Assembly: GCA_963783305.1 (NCBI GenBank)
Contig: CAWAMW010000002.1
Span: forward strand, 640,001-704,000
DNA from: an uncultured Gemmatimonadales bacterium
GTDB taxonomy: Bacteria; Gemmatimonadota; Gemmatimonadetes; Longimicrobiales; RSA9
Length of the DNA: 64,000 nt
Direction of reading: 5' to 3'
The translations under genes were made by a program, and so were the position numbers. Below, piece by piece: positions 39,107 to 48,352 of the stretch (position 1 is the stretch's first letter; each line of letters starts with the position of its first letter). The notes under the pieces are model-generated. The model had not been told where the DNA came from. It ran no database searches and saw only the letters and a program-made list of their open reading frames with translations.

Positions 39107-42031
39107 CTACACGCCGGCGGTCTCGCGCTGCTCCTCGTACTCCGCCACCGGTGGGCACGAACAGACGAGGTTGCGGTCACCGTGCGCGGAGTTTATCCGG
39201 CCCACGAACGGCCAGAACTTCTGCTCGCGCGTGGGCTCCGGGAACGCCGCCAGCTGCCGGGAGTACGGCCGGTCCCAGTCGTCGCTGACCACCACATCCA
39301 CCGTGTGCGGAGCGTGGCTCAGCGGGTTGTCGCCCTCCTGCCACTCCCCGCTCTCGATCTTCCGGATCTCGTTCCGGATGGCAATCATCACCTCGCAGAA
39401 CTGGTCGAGCTCCCGCTTCGACTCGCTCTCCGTGGGCTCGATCATGAGCGTTCCCGCCACGGGGAAGCTGACCGTGGGAGCATGGAACCCGTAGTCCATG
39501 AGGCGCTTCGAGATGTCGATGGCGTCCACACCGGTATCCGCCTTCAGCGGCCGGGGATCCACGATGCACTCGTGGGCGACCGTCCCGCCACGACCCTTGT
39601 ACAGCACCTCGAACTGCCCCTCCAGCCGCTTGGCCACGTAGTTCGCGTTCAGGATCGCCACCTTCGTCGACCGGGTGACACCCTCCGCCCCCAGCATCCG
39701 GATGTACATCCAGCTGATCGGCAGGATCGACGGGCTGCCGAACGGCGCCGCGCTCACCGCACCGATCCCCTGCTCGCCTCCCGTCTCCACCAGCGCGTGC
39801 GTCGGGAGGAAGGGCGCCAGGTGCTCCGCCACGCCGATGGGGCCCATGCCCGGACCGCCGCCGCCGTGCGGGATCGCGAACGTCTTGTGCAGGTTGAGGT
39901 GCGACACGTCGCCGCCCCAGTCCCCCGGCCGGCTCACCCCCACCATGGCGTTCATGTTGGCGCCATCGATGTACACCTGACCGCCGGCCTCGTGGACGAT
40001 CCGGCAGATGTCGCGGATCGACTCCTCGAAGATCCCGTGCGTGGACGGGTACGTCACCATGATCGCGCCCAGCCGGTCGCGGTACTGCTCCGTCTTTGCG
40101 CGCAGATCGTCCACATCGATGTTGCCGTTCTCATCGCTCCGCACCACGACGACGTTCATCCCGGCCATCACGGCGCTCGCGGGGTTCGTCCCGTGCGCCG
40201 ACTGCGGGATGAGACACACGTCACGGTGCGACTCTCCCCGGGCCTCGTGGTAGCCGCGGATCACCAGCAGGCCCGTGAGCTCGCCCTGGCTCCCGGCGTT
40301 CGGCATCATGCTCACCGCGTGGAATCCCGTGATCTCCGCGAGCCACCGCTCCAGCTGCTCGATCATCGCCCGGTACCCCGCAGCCTGGTCCGCCGGGGCG
40401 AACGGGTGCATTGCGCCGATCTTACGCCACGTCACCGGGTACATCTCGGCCGTGGCGTTCAGCTTCAGCGTGCACGACCCCAGCGGGATCATGGACCCCG
40501 TGAGCGACAGGTCCCGGTTCTCCAGACGCTTCAGGTACCGCAGCATCTCGTGCTCGGCATGGAAGCGGTTGAACACCGGGTGCGTCAGGTACTCGCTCTC
40601 CCGGCGGAACGGCGCGTCGAACGACGGGTGCGCGTCCCGGTCCGCGTCCGTGATCCACCCCTCCACGGTCGCCCGATCCGGCGCGTCCCGCATCCCGGCG
40701 GCAAAGACCGCCACCAGGTCGGCCAGGTCGTGCCGCGTGACCGTCTCGTCCAGCGCCACACCCAGCGTGAACTCGTCCAGCACCCGCAGGTTGATCTCCG
40801 CCTCGTGCGCCGCCTTCAGAATCGCGTCCACACCGCCCTCCCCGACCTCCACGCGGAGCGTGTCGAAATACGGCTTGTGCACGATCGTGTGCCCCAGCTC
40901 CTCCAGCGACCGCGCCAGCGCGTGCGTCAGTCGATGCACCCGCCCCGCGATTCTCCGGATCCCCTCCGGGCCGTGGTAGACCGCGTACATCCCCGCGATC
41001 ACCGCCAGCAGGACCTGCGCGGTGCACACGTTGCTGGTCGCCTTCTCCCGCCGGATGTGCTGCTCCCGCGTCTGGAGCGCCATGTAGTAGGCGTCCTCGC
41101 CCCGCGCGTCCTTGGAAACGCCAATGATCCGGCCGGGCATCTGCCGCTTGTACGCGTCGCTGGTGGCGAAGTACGCCGCATGCGGACCCCCGTAGCCCAT
41201 GGGCACACCGAACCGCTGGGTGCTCCCCACCGCCACGTCGGCGCCCCATTCACCCGGGGGCGACAGCAGCGCCAGCGAGAGCAGGTCGGCCGCCACCACC
41301 ACCAGCGCGCCCGCCTCGTGCGCCGCGGCCACCACGTCGCGGTAGTCGTGGAGCGCGCCATCGCTGGCGGGGTACTGGAGCAGGACGCCGAAGACGTCGT
41401 CGTCGAAATCGAGCTCGCGGTGATCGCCCACCACGATCTGCCAGCCGCGGCTCTTCGCCCGCGTCCGCACGACGTCGATCGTCTGCGGGTGCGTGCCCTC
41501 CGCCACCAGGAACTTGCTCCGCTTCCCCTTCGCCGCGGACTGGCAGAGCGCCATTGCCTCGGCCGCCGCGGTGGCCTCGTCCAGAAGCGAGGCGTTCGCG
41601 ATCTGCAGCCCCGTCAGGTCCATGACCATGGTCTGGAACGTGAGCAGCGCCTCCAGCCGGCCCTGGCTGATCTCCGCCTGATACGGCGTGTACGCCGTGT
41701 ACCAGCCCGGGTTCTCCAGGATGTTCCGCTGGATCACCGGCGGCGTGATGGTACCGTGGTACCCCATCCCCAGGTACGACCGGAAGACACGGTTCCTCGA
41801 CACCAGCTCCCGCAGCTCGGTCAGCGCCTCGTGCTCGCTCGCCGGGGCCGGAAGCTCCAGCGCCCGGTCGAGACGGATCGCCGCCGGCACCGCCGTATCG
41901 ATCAGCGCGTCCAGCGAGTCGTACCCCACCGTCTCCAGCATCTCCTGCACCTCGGCCTCGGAAGGGCCAATGTGACGGTTCACGAACAGGTCTGTTCGGG
42001 CCAGCGAATGACGTCTATCGGTAACGGACAT
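39107..42031 (-). CDS. gcvP: Glycine dehydrogenase (glycine cleavage P protein, single chain)
   Basis: [41 protein letters not shown] (PLP Lys), GDRNLVCSC. Confidence 0.97.
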   Translation of the reverse strand: MSVTDRRHSLARTDLFVNRHIGPSEAEVQEMLETVGYDSLDALIDTAVPAAIRLDRALELPAPASEHEALTELRELVSRNRVFRSYLGMGYHGTITPPVIQRNILENPGWYTAYTPYQAEISQGRLEALLTFQTMVMDLTGLQIANASLLDEATAAAEAMALCQSAAKGKRSKFLVAEGTHPQTIDVVRTRAKSRGWQIVVGDHRELDFDDDVFGVLLQYPASDGALHDYRDVVAAAHEAGALVVVAADLLSLALLSPPGEWGADVAVGSTQRFGVPMGYGGPHAAYFATSDAYKRQMPGRIIGVSKDARGEDAYYMALQTREQHIRREKATSNVCTAQVLLAVIAGMYAVYHGPEGIRRIAGRVHRLTHALARSLEELGHTIVHKPYFDTLRVEVGEGGVDAILKAAHEAEINLRVLDEFTLGVALDETVTRHDLADLVAVFAAGMRDAPDRATVEGWITDADRDAHPSFDAPFRRESEYLTHPVFNRFHAEHEMLRYLKRLENRDLSLTGSMIPLGSCTLKLNATAEMYPVTWRKIGAMHPFAPADQAAGYRAMIEQLERWLAEITGFHAVSMMPNAGSQGELTGLLVIRGYHEARGESHRDVCLIPQSAHGTNPASAVMAGMNVVVVRSDENGNIDVDDLRAKTEQYRDRLGAIMVTYPSTHGIFEESIRDICRIVHEAGGQVYIDGANMNAMVGVSRPGDWGGDVSHLNLHKTFAIPHGGGGPGMGPIGVAEHLAPFLPTHALVETGGEQGIGAVSAAPFGSPSILPISWMYIRMLGAEGVTRSTKVAILNANYVAKRLEGQFEVLYKGRGGTVAHECIVDPRPLKADTGVDAIDISKRLMDYGFHAPTVSFPVAGTLMIEPTESESKRELDQFCEVMIAIRNEIRKIESGEWQEGDNPLSHAPHTVDVVVSDDWDRPYSRQLAAFPEPTREQKFWPFVGRINSAHGDRNLVCSCPPVAEYEEQRETAGV

Positions 42032-42229
42032 GGTTCCCGCTTCTCTTCACGTGAATGCTGCCATCCGCCCCCGGACGGCAGAGCACTGGATGATACACCG
42101 GGAACGAGAGCGGAGAAAGTCGGGAAGGCCCCCACAGCGACTACCGAGAGGGGCCGTCCGGCGGCCCGGCCACCGGGCCTTCGGATCCCGCGACTGGTGC
42201 GCCGTCCGCCACCCCTCCATCTTCCCGGC

Positions 42230-42709
42230 ATGTCCACCCCCTCCGCGCGACTCCGCGACGCCTGGCGACACCTCTCCCGCATCCCCGGCGGCCGCCGCCT
42301 GTTCGATCGGCTCCTTGCCTGGATGGTGCCCTACTCCGGCTCGGTCCGCCCGCGGGTCCTGGAGCTGGAGCCGGGCCGCGCAGTGGTCTCGATCCGGGAG
42401 CGACGCCGGCTCCGGAACCACCTGCACAGCGTCCACGCCATCGCCCTCGCCAATCTGGCCGAGCTCGCCAGTGGCCTGGCCATGACGCTCGCGCTGCCCC
42501 CGGAAGTCCGTGGCATCCCGGTCGGGATCCGGATCGACTACGTCAAGAAGGCGCGCGGCACCATTGTCGCCCACGGGCACGCGTCGCCGCCCGCCGCCAT
42601 ACCCGCCGCGAGCGAGGCCGACGCGACGGCCGAGCTGCGCGACGAGGCCGGCGAGGTGGTGGCCACCGCCGTGGTCACGTGGAAGCTCGCGCCGATCGAG
42701 GAGACCTGA
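42230..42709 (+). CDS. Hotdog-fold thioesterase (PaaI/DUF4442-like)
   Basis: VPYSGSVRP, NHLHSVHAIALANLAE, IDYVKKARG. Confidence 0.8.
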   Translation: MSTPSARLRDAWRHLSRIPGGRRLFDRLLAWMVPYSGSVRPRVLELEPGRAVVSIRERRRLRNHLHSVHAIALANLAELASGLAMTLALPPEVRGIPVGIRIDYVKKARGTIVAHGHASPPAAIPAASEADATAELRDEAGEVVATAVVTWKLAPIEET

Positions 42710-42773
42710 GAATGCGCAACGCACGACCCCGTCCTGCCCCCTTCCGAACCGTCTCCCCCACCCCGGTGCAGCC

Positions 42774-43754
42774 GTGGACCTGAACACCGCGCTTACCGAG
42801 GCCGCCGGCATCGAGGTTCCCATGATCGCGGGCGCCATGTACCCGTGCTCGAACCCGGAGCTGGTCGCCGCCGCGAGTGAGGCCGGCGCCATCGGCATCG
42901 TGCAGCCCGTCTCCCTCACGTTCGTTCACGGCTACGACTTCCGAGAAGGCCTCCGCTTCATCCGGAGCCTGACGTCGAAGCCCATCGGGATGAACGCATT
43001 GATCGAGTCGTCGTCCCGGGCGTACGAGAAGCGGATGGAGCAGTGGGTGGAGATCGCGCTGGAGGAGGGCGTGCGCTTCTTCGTCACGAGCCTCGGAAAG
43101 CCGCGCTGGGTCGTGGACCGGGTCGAGCCGCACGGCGGGGTGGTGTACCACGATGTCACGGAGCGGAAGTGGGCGCTGAAGGGGCTGGAGAGCGGCGCGC
43201 ACGGGCTGATCGCGGTCAACCGTCGCGCGGGCGGACACGCGGGGCCGCGCTCCCCGGAGGAGCTCATGGATGAGCTCGGTGATCTCGGCGTTCCCCTGGT
43301 GTGCGCCGGCGGGATCGGTACGCCCACCGATTTCGTTCACGCCATGCGGCTCGGGTACGCCGGTGTCCAGATGGGCACCCGGTTCATCGCCACCACCGAG
43401 TGCACGGCGAGCCAGCCGTACAAGCAGGCCATCCTCGACAGCGAGGAGGACGACATCGTGCTGACCGAGCGCGTCACAGGTGTTCCGCTGGCGGTCATCG
43501 AGACCCCCTACACACGGCGGCTGGGACAGCGCGCGGGGCCGCTCGCCCGCTGGATGCTGCGTGGCCGGCGGCGGAAGAAGCTCATGCGGACGATTTACGC
43601 CCTCTGGTCCGGCTGGAAGATCAAGCGGTCTTCGTTCGATGAGAGCGGGAAACGCGATTTCTGGCAGGCCGGCCGGAGTGTGGCCGGCATCGACCATGTT
43701 CGGCCGGTGGACGAGGTCGTGGCGGAGTTCGCGGAAGCGCTGCGGTCGGCATAG
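42774..43754 (+). CDS. Nitronate monooxygenase / FabK-like FMN oxidoreductase
   Basis: PMIAGAM, AGGHAG, CAGGIG, GVQMGTRFIATTEC, WQAGRSV. Confidence 0.87.
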   Translation: MDLNTALTEAAGIEVPMIAGAMYPCSNPELVAAASEAGAIGIVQPVSLTFVHGYDFREGLRFIRSLTSKPIGMNALIESSSRAYEKRMEQWVEIALEEGVRFFVTSLGKPRWVVDRVEPHGGVVYHDVTERKWALKGLESGAHGLIAVNRRAGGHAGPRSPEELMDELGDLGVPLVCAGGIGTPTDFVHAMRLGYAGVQMGTRFIATTECTASQPYKQAILDSEEDDIVLTERVTGVPLAVIETPYTRRLGQRAGPLARWMLRGRRRKKLMRTIYALWSGWKIKRSSFDESGKRDFWQAGRSVAGIDHVRPVDEVVAEFAEALRSA

Positions 43755-43755
43755 C

Positions 43756-43862
43756 GGGCGGCGGCGAACGGTCGCTGCCGCTCCCTGTCGATCGCGTCGC
43801 TTCGCTCGCTGGTCGATCGCTTCGGCCTGCCGCCTCGCTGGTCGATCTCCGCTGCGCTCCGT
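43756..43862. repeat. REP-like intergenic element: hairpin plus degenerate direct repeats
   Basis: 12-bp hairpin (with G-U pairs) at 43756-43783; CTCGCTGGTCGATC at 43805-43818 and 43834-43847; partial GTCGATC at 43787. Confidence 0.5.
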
Positions 43863-43938
43863 TCCCACAGCTTCACTCCGCGGCCTGCCGGAGTACCGCC
43901 ATGTCCCGTCACCTCACCATCGACGCCGTGCCAGCGGA

Positions 43939-44565
43939 TCAACTCCCCGGCTGGGCGGCGCTGTCGGCGGCCCTCCAGCAGTACCATGCGACGGCGCTCC
44001 GCCACGGTCGGAACCCCACGCCGATCCAGCCGGCCTGCTCGGCCGTGGGCGGCTCCGGCAGGCCCACCACCTTCCCGAGCCCCGCACGGACCCCGAGGTC
44101 GCCTACCGGCCAGACGTCCGGCCGGCGCAGCTCGAACAGCAGGTGCATCTGCGCCGTCCACGGCCCGATGCCGCGCACCCTCGTGAGACGCTCCACCACC
44201 GCCGCGTCATCCAGCGCACCCAGATCGTGGAGCGGGACCGCGCCCGAACGGCTCTTCTCCGCCAGGTCGCGGATCGCCGCCAGCTTCGCCCGCGACAGCC
44301 CGGCCCCCCTCAGTGCCTCCTCGGGCACCGCCTGCACACGCTCCTCCGTCACCTCCCCGCCGAGCGCCTCCACGACCCGGCCGTGGATCGTGCGAGCCGC
44401 TTTCCCCGCCAGCTGCTGATAGACGATGGACGCGGTGAGCGCCGCGAACGCACCGCCCCGCGACGGCCGCAGCCGCACCGGCCCCACCCGCTCGATCAAC
44501 GGACCGAACGATGGGTCCCCTCGCAGCCGCTCGGTCGCCTCCGGCCACACGACCTCACCCGTCAT
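43939..44565 (-). CDS. alkA: DNA-3-methyladenine glycosylase II (HhH-GPD family)
   Basis: SIVYQQL, GLSRAK, LTRVRGIGPWTA, RPDVWPVGDLG, PWRS. Confidence 0.88.
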   Translation of the reverse strand: MTGEVVWPEATERLRGDPSFGPLIERVGPVRLRPSRGGAFAALTASIVYQQLAGKAARTIHGRVVEALGGEVTEERVQAVPEEALRGAGLSRAKLAAIRDLAEKSRSGAVPLHDLGALDDAAVVERLTRVRGIGPWTAQMHLLFELRRPDVWPVGDLGVRAGLGKVVGLPEPPTAEQAGWIGVGFRPWRSAVAWYCWRAADSAAQPGS

Positions 44566-45205
44566 GGATGGCCTCCGCGAATGCTGTGAGCCGGTCCGCG
44601 TCCAGCGCGCCGTCGGTCCGGACCCCCGTACACACGTCCACGGCGAAGGGCCGGACGGCCGCAACCGCCTCCGCCACGTTCCCCGCGTTCAGCCCGCCCG
44701 CCAGGTACATCGGCAGATCCACCGACTCCACCACCCTCCGGCTCACCGTCCAGTCGTGGACGCGGCCCGTTCCGCCCAGCTCACGAACGGCGGCGCGGGG
44801 ACGGCCGGAATCCAGCAGAATCCCGCTCGCCCAGCGCGTCGCGCCCCGGGCTTCTTCCACCGCACCGCCGTCCTCGACATGGACGGCCTGCACGAGCCCG
44901 ATCCCGGGCAGCGCCGACCGCAGCGCCTCTCCCGCCCCGGGCTCCAGCCGGTCCACGAGCTGGAGCACGGCGGCCGGGAGTCGCCGGTGCTGCTCGACGA
45001 TGGCGGCCGCCTCGGTCCGGCACGTCAGGAGGAAGGACGCGACGCCCGGCGGGACGTGGGGGAGCAGGCCGGCGATGGCGTCGTCGTCGATAGGGCCGGG
45101 GCCGCTCGGCATGGCGGAGACGAAGCCGACGGCCGACGCGCCCAGCCGCACCGCCAGCTCGAGCTCGGCACGGTCGCGGATGCAGCACACCTTGAACCGG
45201 GTCAC
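44555..45205 (-). CDS. trpF: Phosphoribosylanthranilate isomerase
   Basis: FKVCCI, GASAVGFV, LLDSG, GGTGRVHDW, LAGGLNAGNV, VDVCTGV; GTG start. Confidence 0.85.
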   Translation of the reverse strand: MTRFKVCCIRDRAELELAVRLGASAVGFVSAMPSGPGPIDDDAIAGLLPHVPPGVASFLLTCRTEAAAIVEQHRRLPAAVLQLVDRLEPGAGEALRSALPGIGLVQAVHVEDGGAVEEARGATRWASGILLDSGRPRAAVRELGGTGRVHDWTVSRRVVESVDLPMYLAGGLNAGNVAEAVAAVRPFAVDVCTGVRTDGALDADRLTAFAEAIHDG

Positions 45206-45849
45206 GAGGGCCCCCCCATTCGCTCCCGGAGCCGCGCCTCCTCGTCGGCCAGCCCCGGCAGCGGCTCCGGTGCGGGCGCCGCCGCCATGATCCACAGGAC
45301 GCGCCCGCCCAGCACGATCCCCGCGCTCATGAGCAACCGACCCGCCCACTGCCACGCGCCGGCCACGGCCTCCGCGTGCCGGAGCATGGTCATCCGCCCG
45401 AGCATGTACGTCCAGTCGTGGATCGGCTCGGCCGTCGTCGGTGAGACCAGCGGGAGCGCCTGCGTCACCGCGTCGCCCGCGTAGATGACCACCTCGAAGC
45501 AGGCGATCCCCATCCACGCGATGGCGAACGATACGCCGAACCAGTCCCGCTGACGGTACAGCACCGCCCCCGCCGCGACCGGTATCAGGATCTGCGTGAG
45601 CGTGCCACCGGCGATCCCCATGAACCGCCCGAGCGGGCTCCAGAGGATGTGGCCGATCTCGTGGAACGCGAGGTCGATCCCGTTGAAGATCGTGGTGGCG
45701 CCGGGATCGTTCCAGCAGCGGTGGAGGACCCACACCAGCCAGAGCAGGAGCGGCGCCCGGATCCACCATGTGCGCCCCGCCGCCCAGCGCCGGATGGAAG
45801 CGTCCAGGCGCGCCAGCGCGGAGCCGCCGCTCCTAGCCGCCGTGCTCAG
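45202..45849 (-). CDS. Membrane protein with HExxH motif (M50-like metalloprotease); start uncertain
   Basis: FHEIGH within hydrophobic segments, AGGTL, HDW; frame stays open upstream of GTG 45735 to a CTG at 45849. Confidence 0.65.
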   Translation of the reverse strand: MSTAARSGGSALARLDASIRRWAAGRTWWIRAPLLLWLVWVLHRCWNDPGATTIFNGIDLAFHEIGHILWSPLGRFMGIAGGTLTQILIPVAAGAVLYRQRDWFGVSFAIAWMGIACFEVVIYAGDAVTQALPLVSPTTAEPIHDWTYMLGRMTMLRHAEAVAGAWQWAGRLLMSAGIVLGGRVLWIMAAAPAPEPLPGLADEEARLRERMGGPS

Positions 45850-46375
45850 GCTTGAGCCGGTGTGAGAAGGACTTCCGGAGCTTGGCGACCTTGGGGTCGA
45901 TCACCACCCGGCAGTAGCCCTGGCCCGGGTTCCTCCGGTAGTAATCGTGGTGCTCCGGCTCGGCCGGATAGAAAGCCTCCAACGGCTCGATCTGCGTGAC
46001 GATCGGCGCGCCGAAGACGCCCTCCTCCGTCAGCTCCAACACGACCGATTCCGCCGCCTCCCGCTGCTCCTCCGACTCGTACAGGATGATCGAGCGGTAC
46101 TGCGGCCCCACGTCCGCGCCCTGACGGTCCGGAGTGGTGGGATCGTGCGTGCCGAAAAACACCCTGAGCAGCGTCCGGAAGTCGATCACGGCGGGATCGT
46201 ACTCCACCCGCACGACCTCCGCGTGACCCGTCCGTCCAGCGCAGACCTGCCGGTAGCTCGGGTCCACCACGTGACCCCCCGCGTATCCCGACGTCACCCC
46301 TCCCACCCCCCGCAGGCGATCGAACACCGCCTCCAGGCACCAGAAGCAGCCACCCCCCAGCGTCACCGTCTCCAT
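45833..46375 (-). CDS. msrA: Peptide-methionine (S)-S-oxide reductase
   Basis: GGGCFWC, GYAGG, TGHAEVV, GPQYRS, AEPEHHDY, GYC. Confidence 0.96.
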   Translation of the reverse strand: METVTLGGGCFWCLEAVFDRLRGVGGVTSGYAGGHVVDPSYRQVCAGRTGHAEVVRVEYDPAVIDFRTLLRVFFGTHDPTTPDRQGADVGPQYRSIILYESEEQREAAESVVLELTEEGVFGAPIVTQIEPLEAFYPAEPEHHDYYRRNPGQGYCRVVIDPKVAKLRKSFSHRLKPEHGG

Positions 46376-46689
46376 TACGCCGTCGGGTCCCCGCCCGGGT
46401 CCACACCACCGCGCCCGCTCCTCCCGGCCGCGCCCTCCAGCAGCCGCTCCGTGAACTGCTGCCGCTCCGCCACCCGCTCCACCTCCGCCTGCAGCGACAC
46501 CATCAGCTCCCGCAGTTCCGACACCTCCCCCGAAGAGAGCCCCTCTCCCCCCTCACGCCGGTCCTGGATCCGCATCTCCAGCAACGTCCCCAACCGCCGC
46601 GTCAGCGGAAACAGCAGAATTGAGCCCGCAATGATCAGCACCACAAGCAGCGAGAAGATCATCCCCGCAAACGGCAGAAACTCCTCCAT
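46375..46689 (-). CDS. Small single-TM coiled-coil protein (PspB-like architecture)
   Basis: N-terminal TM helix then EVSELRELMVSLQAEVERVAERQQFTERLL; TAATG overlap with msrA. Confidence 0.7.
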   Translation of the reverse strand: MEEFLPFAGMIFSLLVVLIIAGSILLFPLTRRLGTLLEMRIQDRREGGEGLSSGEVSELRELMVSLQAEVERVAERQQFTERLLEGAAGRSGRGGVDPGGDPTA

Positions 46690-46699
46690 ACCCCCCCCT

Positions 46700-46849
46700 T
46701 GCGAGCGCCAGCGAGCCACCCTGCGAGCGCCAGCGAGCCACCCTGCGAGCGTCAGCGAGCCACCCTGCGAGCGCCAGCGAGCCACCCTGCGAGCGTCAGC
46801 GAGCCACCCTGCGAGCGTCAGCGAGCCACCCTGCGAGCGCCAGCGAGCC
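46700..46849. repeat. Tandem array of seven 22-bp units TGCGAGCG(C/T)CAGCGAGCCACCC
   Basis: Units start at 46700, 46722, 46744, 46766, 46788, 46810, 46832 (last truncated); the variant position reads C,C,T,C,T,T,C. Confidence 0.97.
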
Positions 46850-46850
46850 C

Positions 46851-47537
46851 CTAGAAGTTGTAACTATCCCCCGGATCCAGGATCACCACCTCGGCGCGCC
46901 CGCCAACCCGGTCCCGAAACGCGTTCGGGTCCTGCTCTATGGGCTCCCAGGTCGAGTAGTGCATGGGGATCACCACGCGCGGCTCGATGAACTCCACCGC
47001 GCGCGCCGCGTCCTCCGGACCCATGGTGAAATTGTCGCCAATAGGCAGCAGCGCCACGTCGACCTTGCCCTTGAGCAGCTGCATGTCCGTCAGCAGCGCC
47101 GTGTCACCCGCGTGGTAGAGTGTCTTCCCGCCCAGGTCCAGCCACCAGCCGCCGGGCATCGTAGTGAAGGCGCCCTCCTCGTCCCCGTCCACCTGACCCC
47201 CGTGCAGCGCTGGCGTCATCTTGGCATAACCGAAATCGAAGTGGTTGCCGCCGCCAATGTGGAGCGCGTGGACGTTCTCGAGCCCCTTCTCCTGGCAGAA
47301 CCCGACGATCTCGAACGTCGCGAGCAGTGTGGCTCCCGTCTTCTTCGCCAGCGGAATGGCATCCTGGAAATGGTCGAAGTGACCGTGACTCACCAGGATG
47401 TAATCCAGCTCCGTTACGTCGGCCACCTTGATGTCCGACTTGGGGTTCTCGTCCAGGTACGGGTCGAACATGATTCGATGGCCGCCATCGGTCTCCAGCG
47501 TAAATGTGGAGTGACCGTGCCACGTCAATCGAGCCAC
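46851..47537 (-). CDS. Metal-dependent hydrolase, metallo-beta-lactamase fold (UPF0173-like)
   Basis: LTWHGHS, SHGHFDH, YHAGDT, LLPIGDNFTMG, IPMHY; GTG start with GGGAGG RBS. Confidence 0.9.
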   Translation of the reverse strand: MARLTWHGHSTFTLETDGGHRIMFDPYLDENPKSDIKVADVTELDYILVSHGHFDHFQDAIPLAKKTGATLLATFEIVGFCQEKGLENVHALHIGGGNHFDFGYAKMTPALHGGQVDGDEEGAFTTMPGGWWLDLGGKTLYHAGDTALLTDMQLLKGKVDVALLPIGDNFTMGPEDAARAVEFIEPRVVIPMHYSTWEPIEQDPNAFRDRVGGRAEVVILDPGDSYNF

Positions 47538-47554
47538 TTGCACCTCCCTGCGGA

Positions 47555-47941
47555 CTATTCCGTGTGCGGTGCGTACCCGTCGGCGTCGAGGAGCGCGTCG
47601 AGCTGACTCGGTTCGGAGACGCGCACCTTGATCATCCACCCCTCGCCGTACGGGTCGGCGTTCACTCGCGACGGGTCGTCGTTGAGCGACTCGTTGACAG
47701 CAATTACCTCGCCGCTCACGGGCATGAAGAGATCGCTCACCGCCTTGACCGCCTCCACCGTGCCGAACGTCGCGCCCTGCTCGAAGCTGTCCCCTTCCTC
47801 GGGCAGCTCCACGAACACGATGTCGCCCAGCTCACCCTGCGCGTAGTCGGTGATGCCCACCTTGAAAACATCGTCCTGGTCCGTGGGGGCCAGGTACTCG
47901 TGCTCCTCTGTATAGCGGAGATCCGCGGGCAGATCGGCCAT
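47555..47941 (-). CDS. gcvH: Glycine cleavage system H protein
   Basis: LRYTEEHEY, GITDYAQGELGDIVFVELP, VEAVKAVSD (lipoyl Lys), DPYGEGW. Confidence 0.96.
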   Translation of the reverse strand: MADLPADLRYTEEHEYLAPTDQDDVFKVGITDYAQGELGDIVFVELPEEGDSFEQGATFGTVEAVKAVSDLFMPVSGEVIAVNESLNDDPSRVNADPYGEGWMIKVRVSEPSQLDALLDADGYAPHTE

Positions 47942-48025
47942 GTCGCCTCCCTTGATGGTGCATTGATCCTCGACGGCAGGATGGCGCGGCCGGCGGTGGC
48001 CGTCAAGCATGCGCAACGGCGACCG

Positions 48026-48244
48026 CTACTCGACCTTGATCTCGCGCAGACCGGCGAGGATCTGGATCAGGCGCTGGATCTCCGACTCCACCACCTTCAG
48101 CGACTCCTGCACCTCGCCATCCTGGGCGGCCGGCTCGTCCAGGAGGAGCTGTACGTGGCCGAGCGCCGCCGTCAGCGGGCTGTTGGCGTCGTGACGGATG
48201 GTTCGGACCAGCTCGACCATCTCACGGCAGCGGACTTCGTCCAT
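48026..48244 (-). CDS. Stand-alone HisKA (dimerization/phosphoacceptor) domain protein, 72 aa
   Basis: H-box-like IRHDANSPLTAALGHVQLL and second helix ESLKVVESEIQRLIQIL; GGGAGGG RBS. Confidence 0.7.
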   Translation of the reverse strand: MDEVRCREMVELVRTIRHDANSPLTAALGHVQLLLDEPAAQDGEVQESLKVVESEIQRLIQILAGLREIKVE

Positions 48245-48352
48245 GTTCCCTCCCGTTCACTTTCCGCGGTATACCACCATGCGTAGTATAGCCGGCGTGG
48301 CCGTTTTTTTCACGACGACGACGAACTCCGCCCCCGAACCTGCGAGACCCGC

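Noticed and set aside
42032..42225. Canonical glycine riboswitch upstream of gcvP
   Set aside because: The conserved GGAGAG and CUCUCAGG blocks are not matched exactly; not annotated as a feature and only listed as a weak finding
38801..42229. 1302-aa plus-strand ORF (38801..42709)
   Set aside because: The part up to 42229 is the antisense shadow of gcvP and the lipoyl ligase, as expected in high-GC DNA; only 42230-42709 (hotdog fold) looks like a real protein
46700..46849. Possible CRISPR array
   Set aside because: Units are directly adjacent with no unique spacers, and there are no cas genes in the window; kept as a tandem repeat
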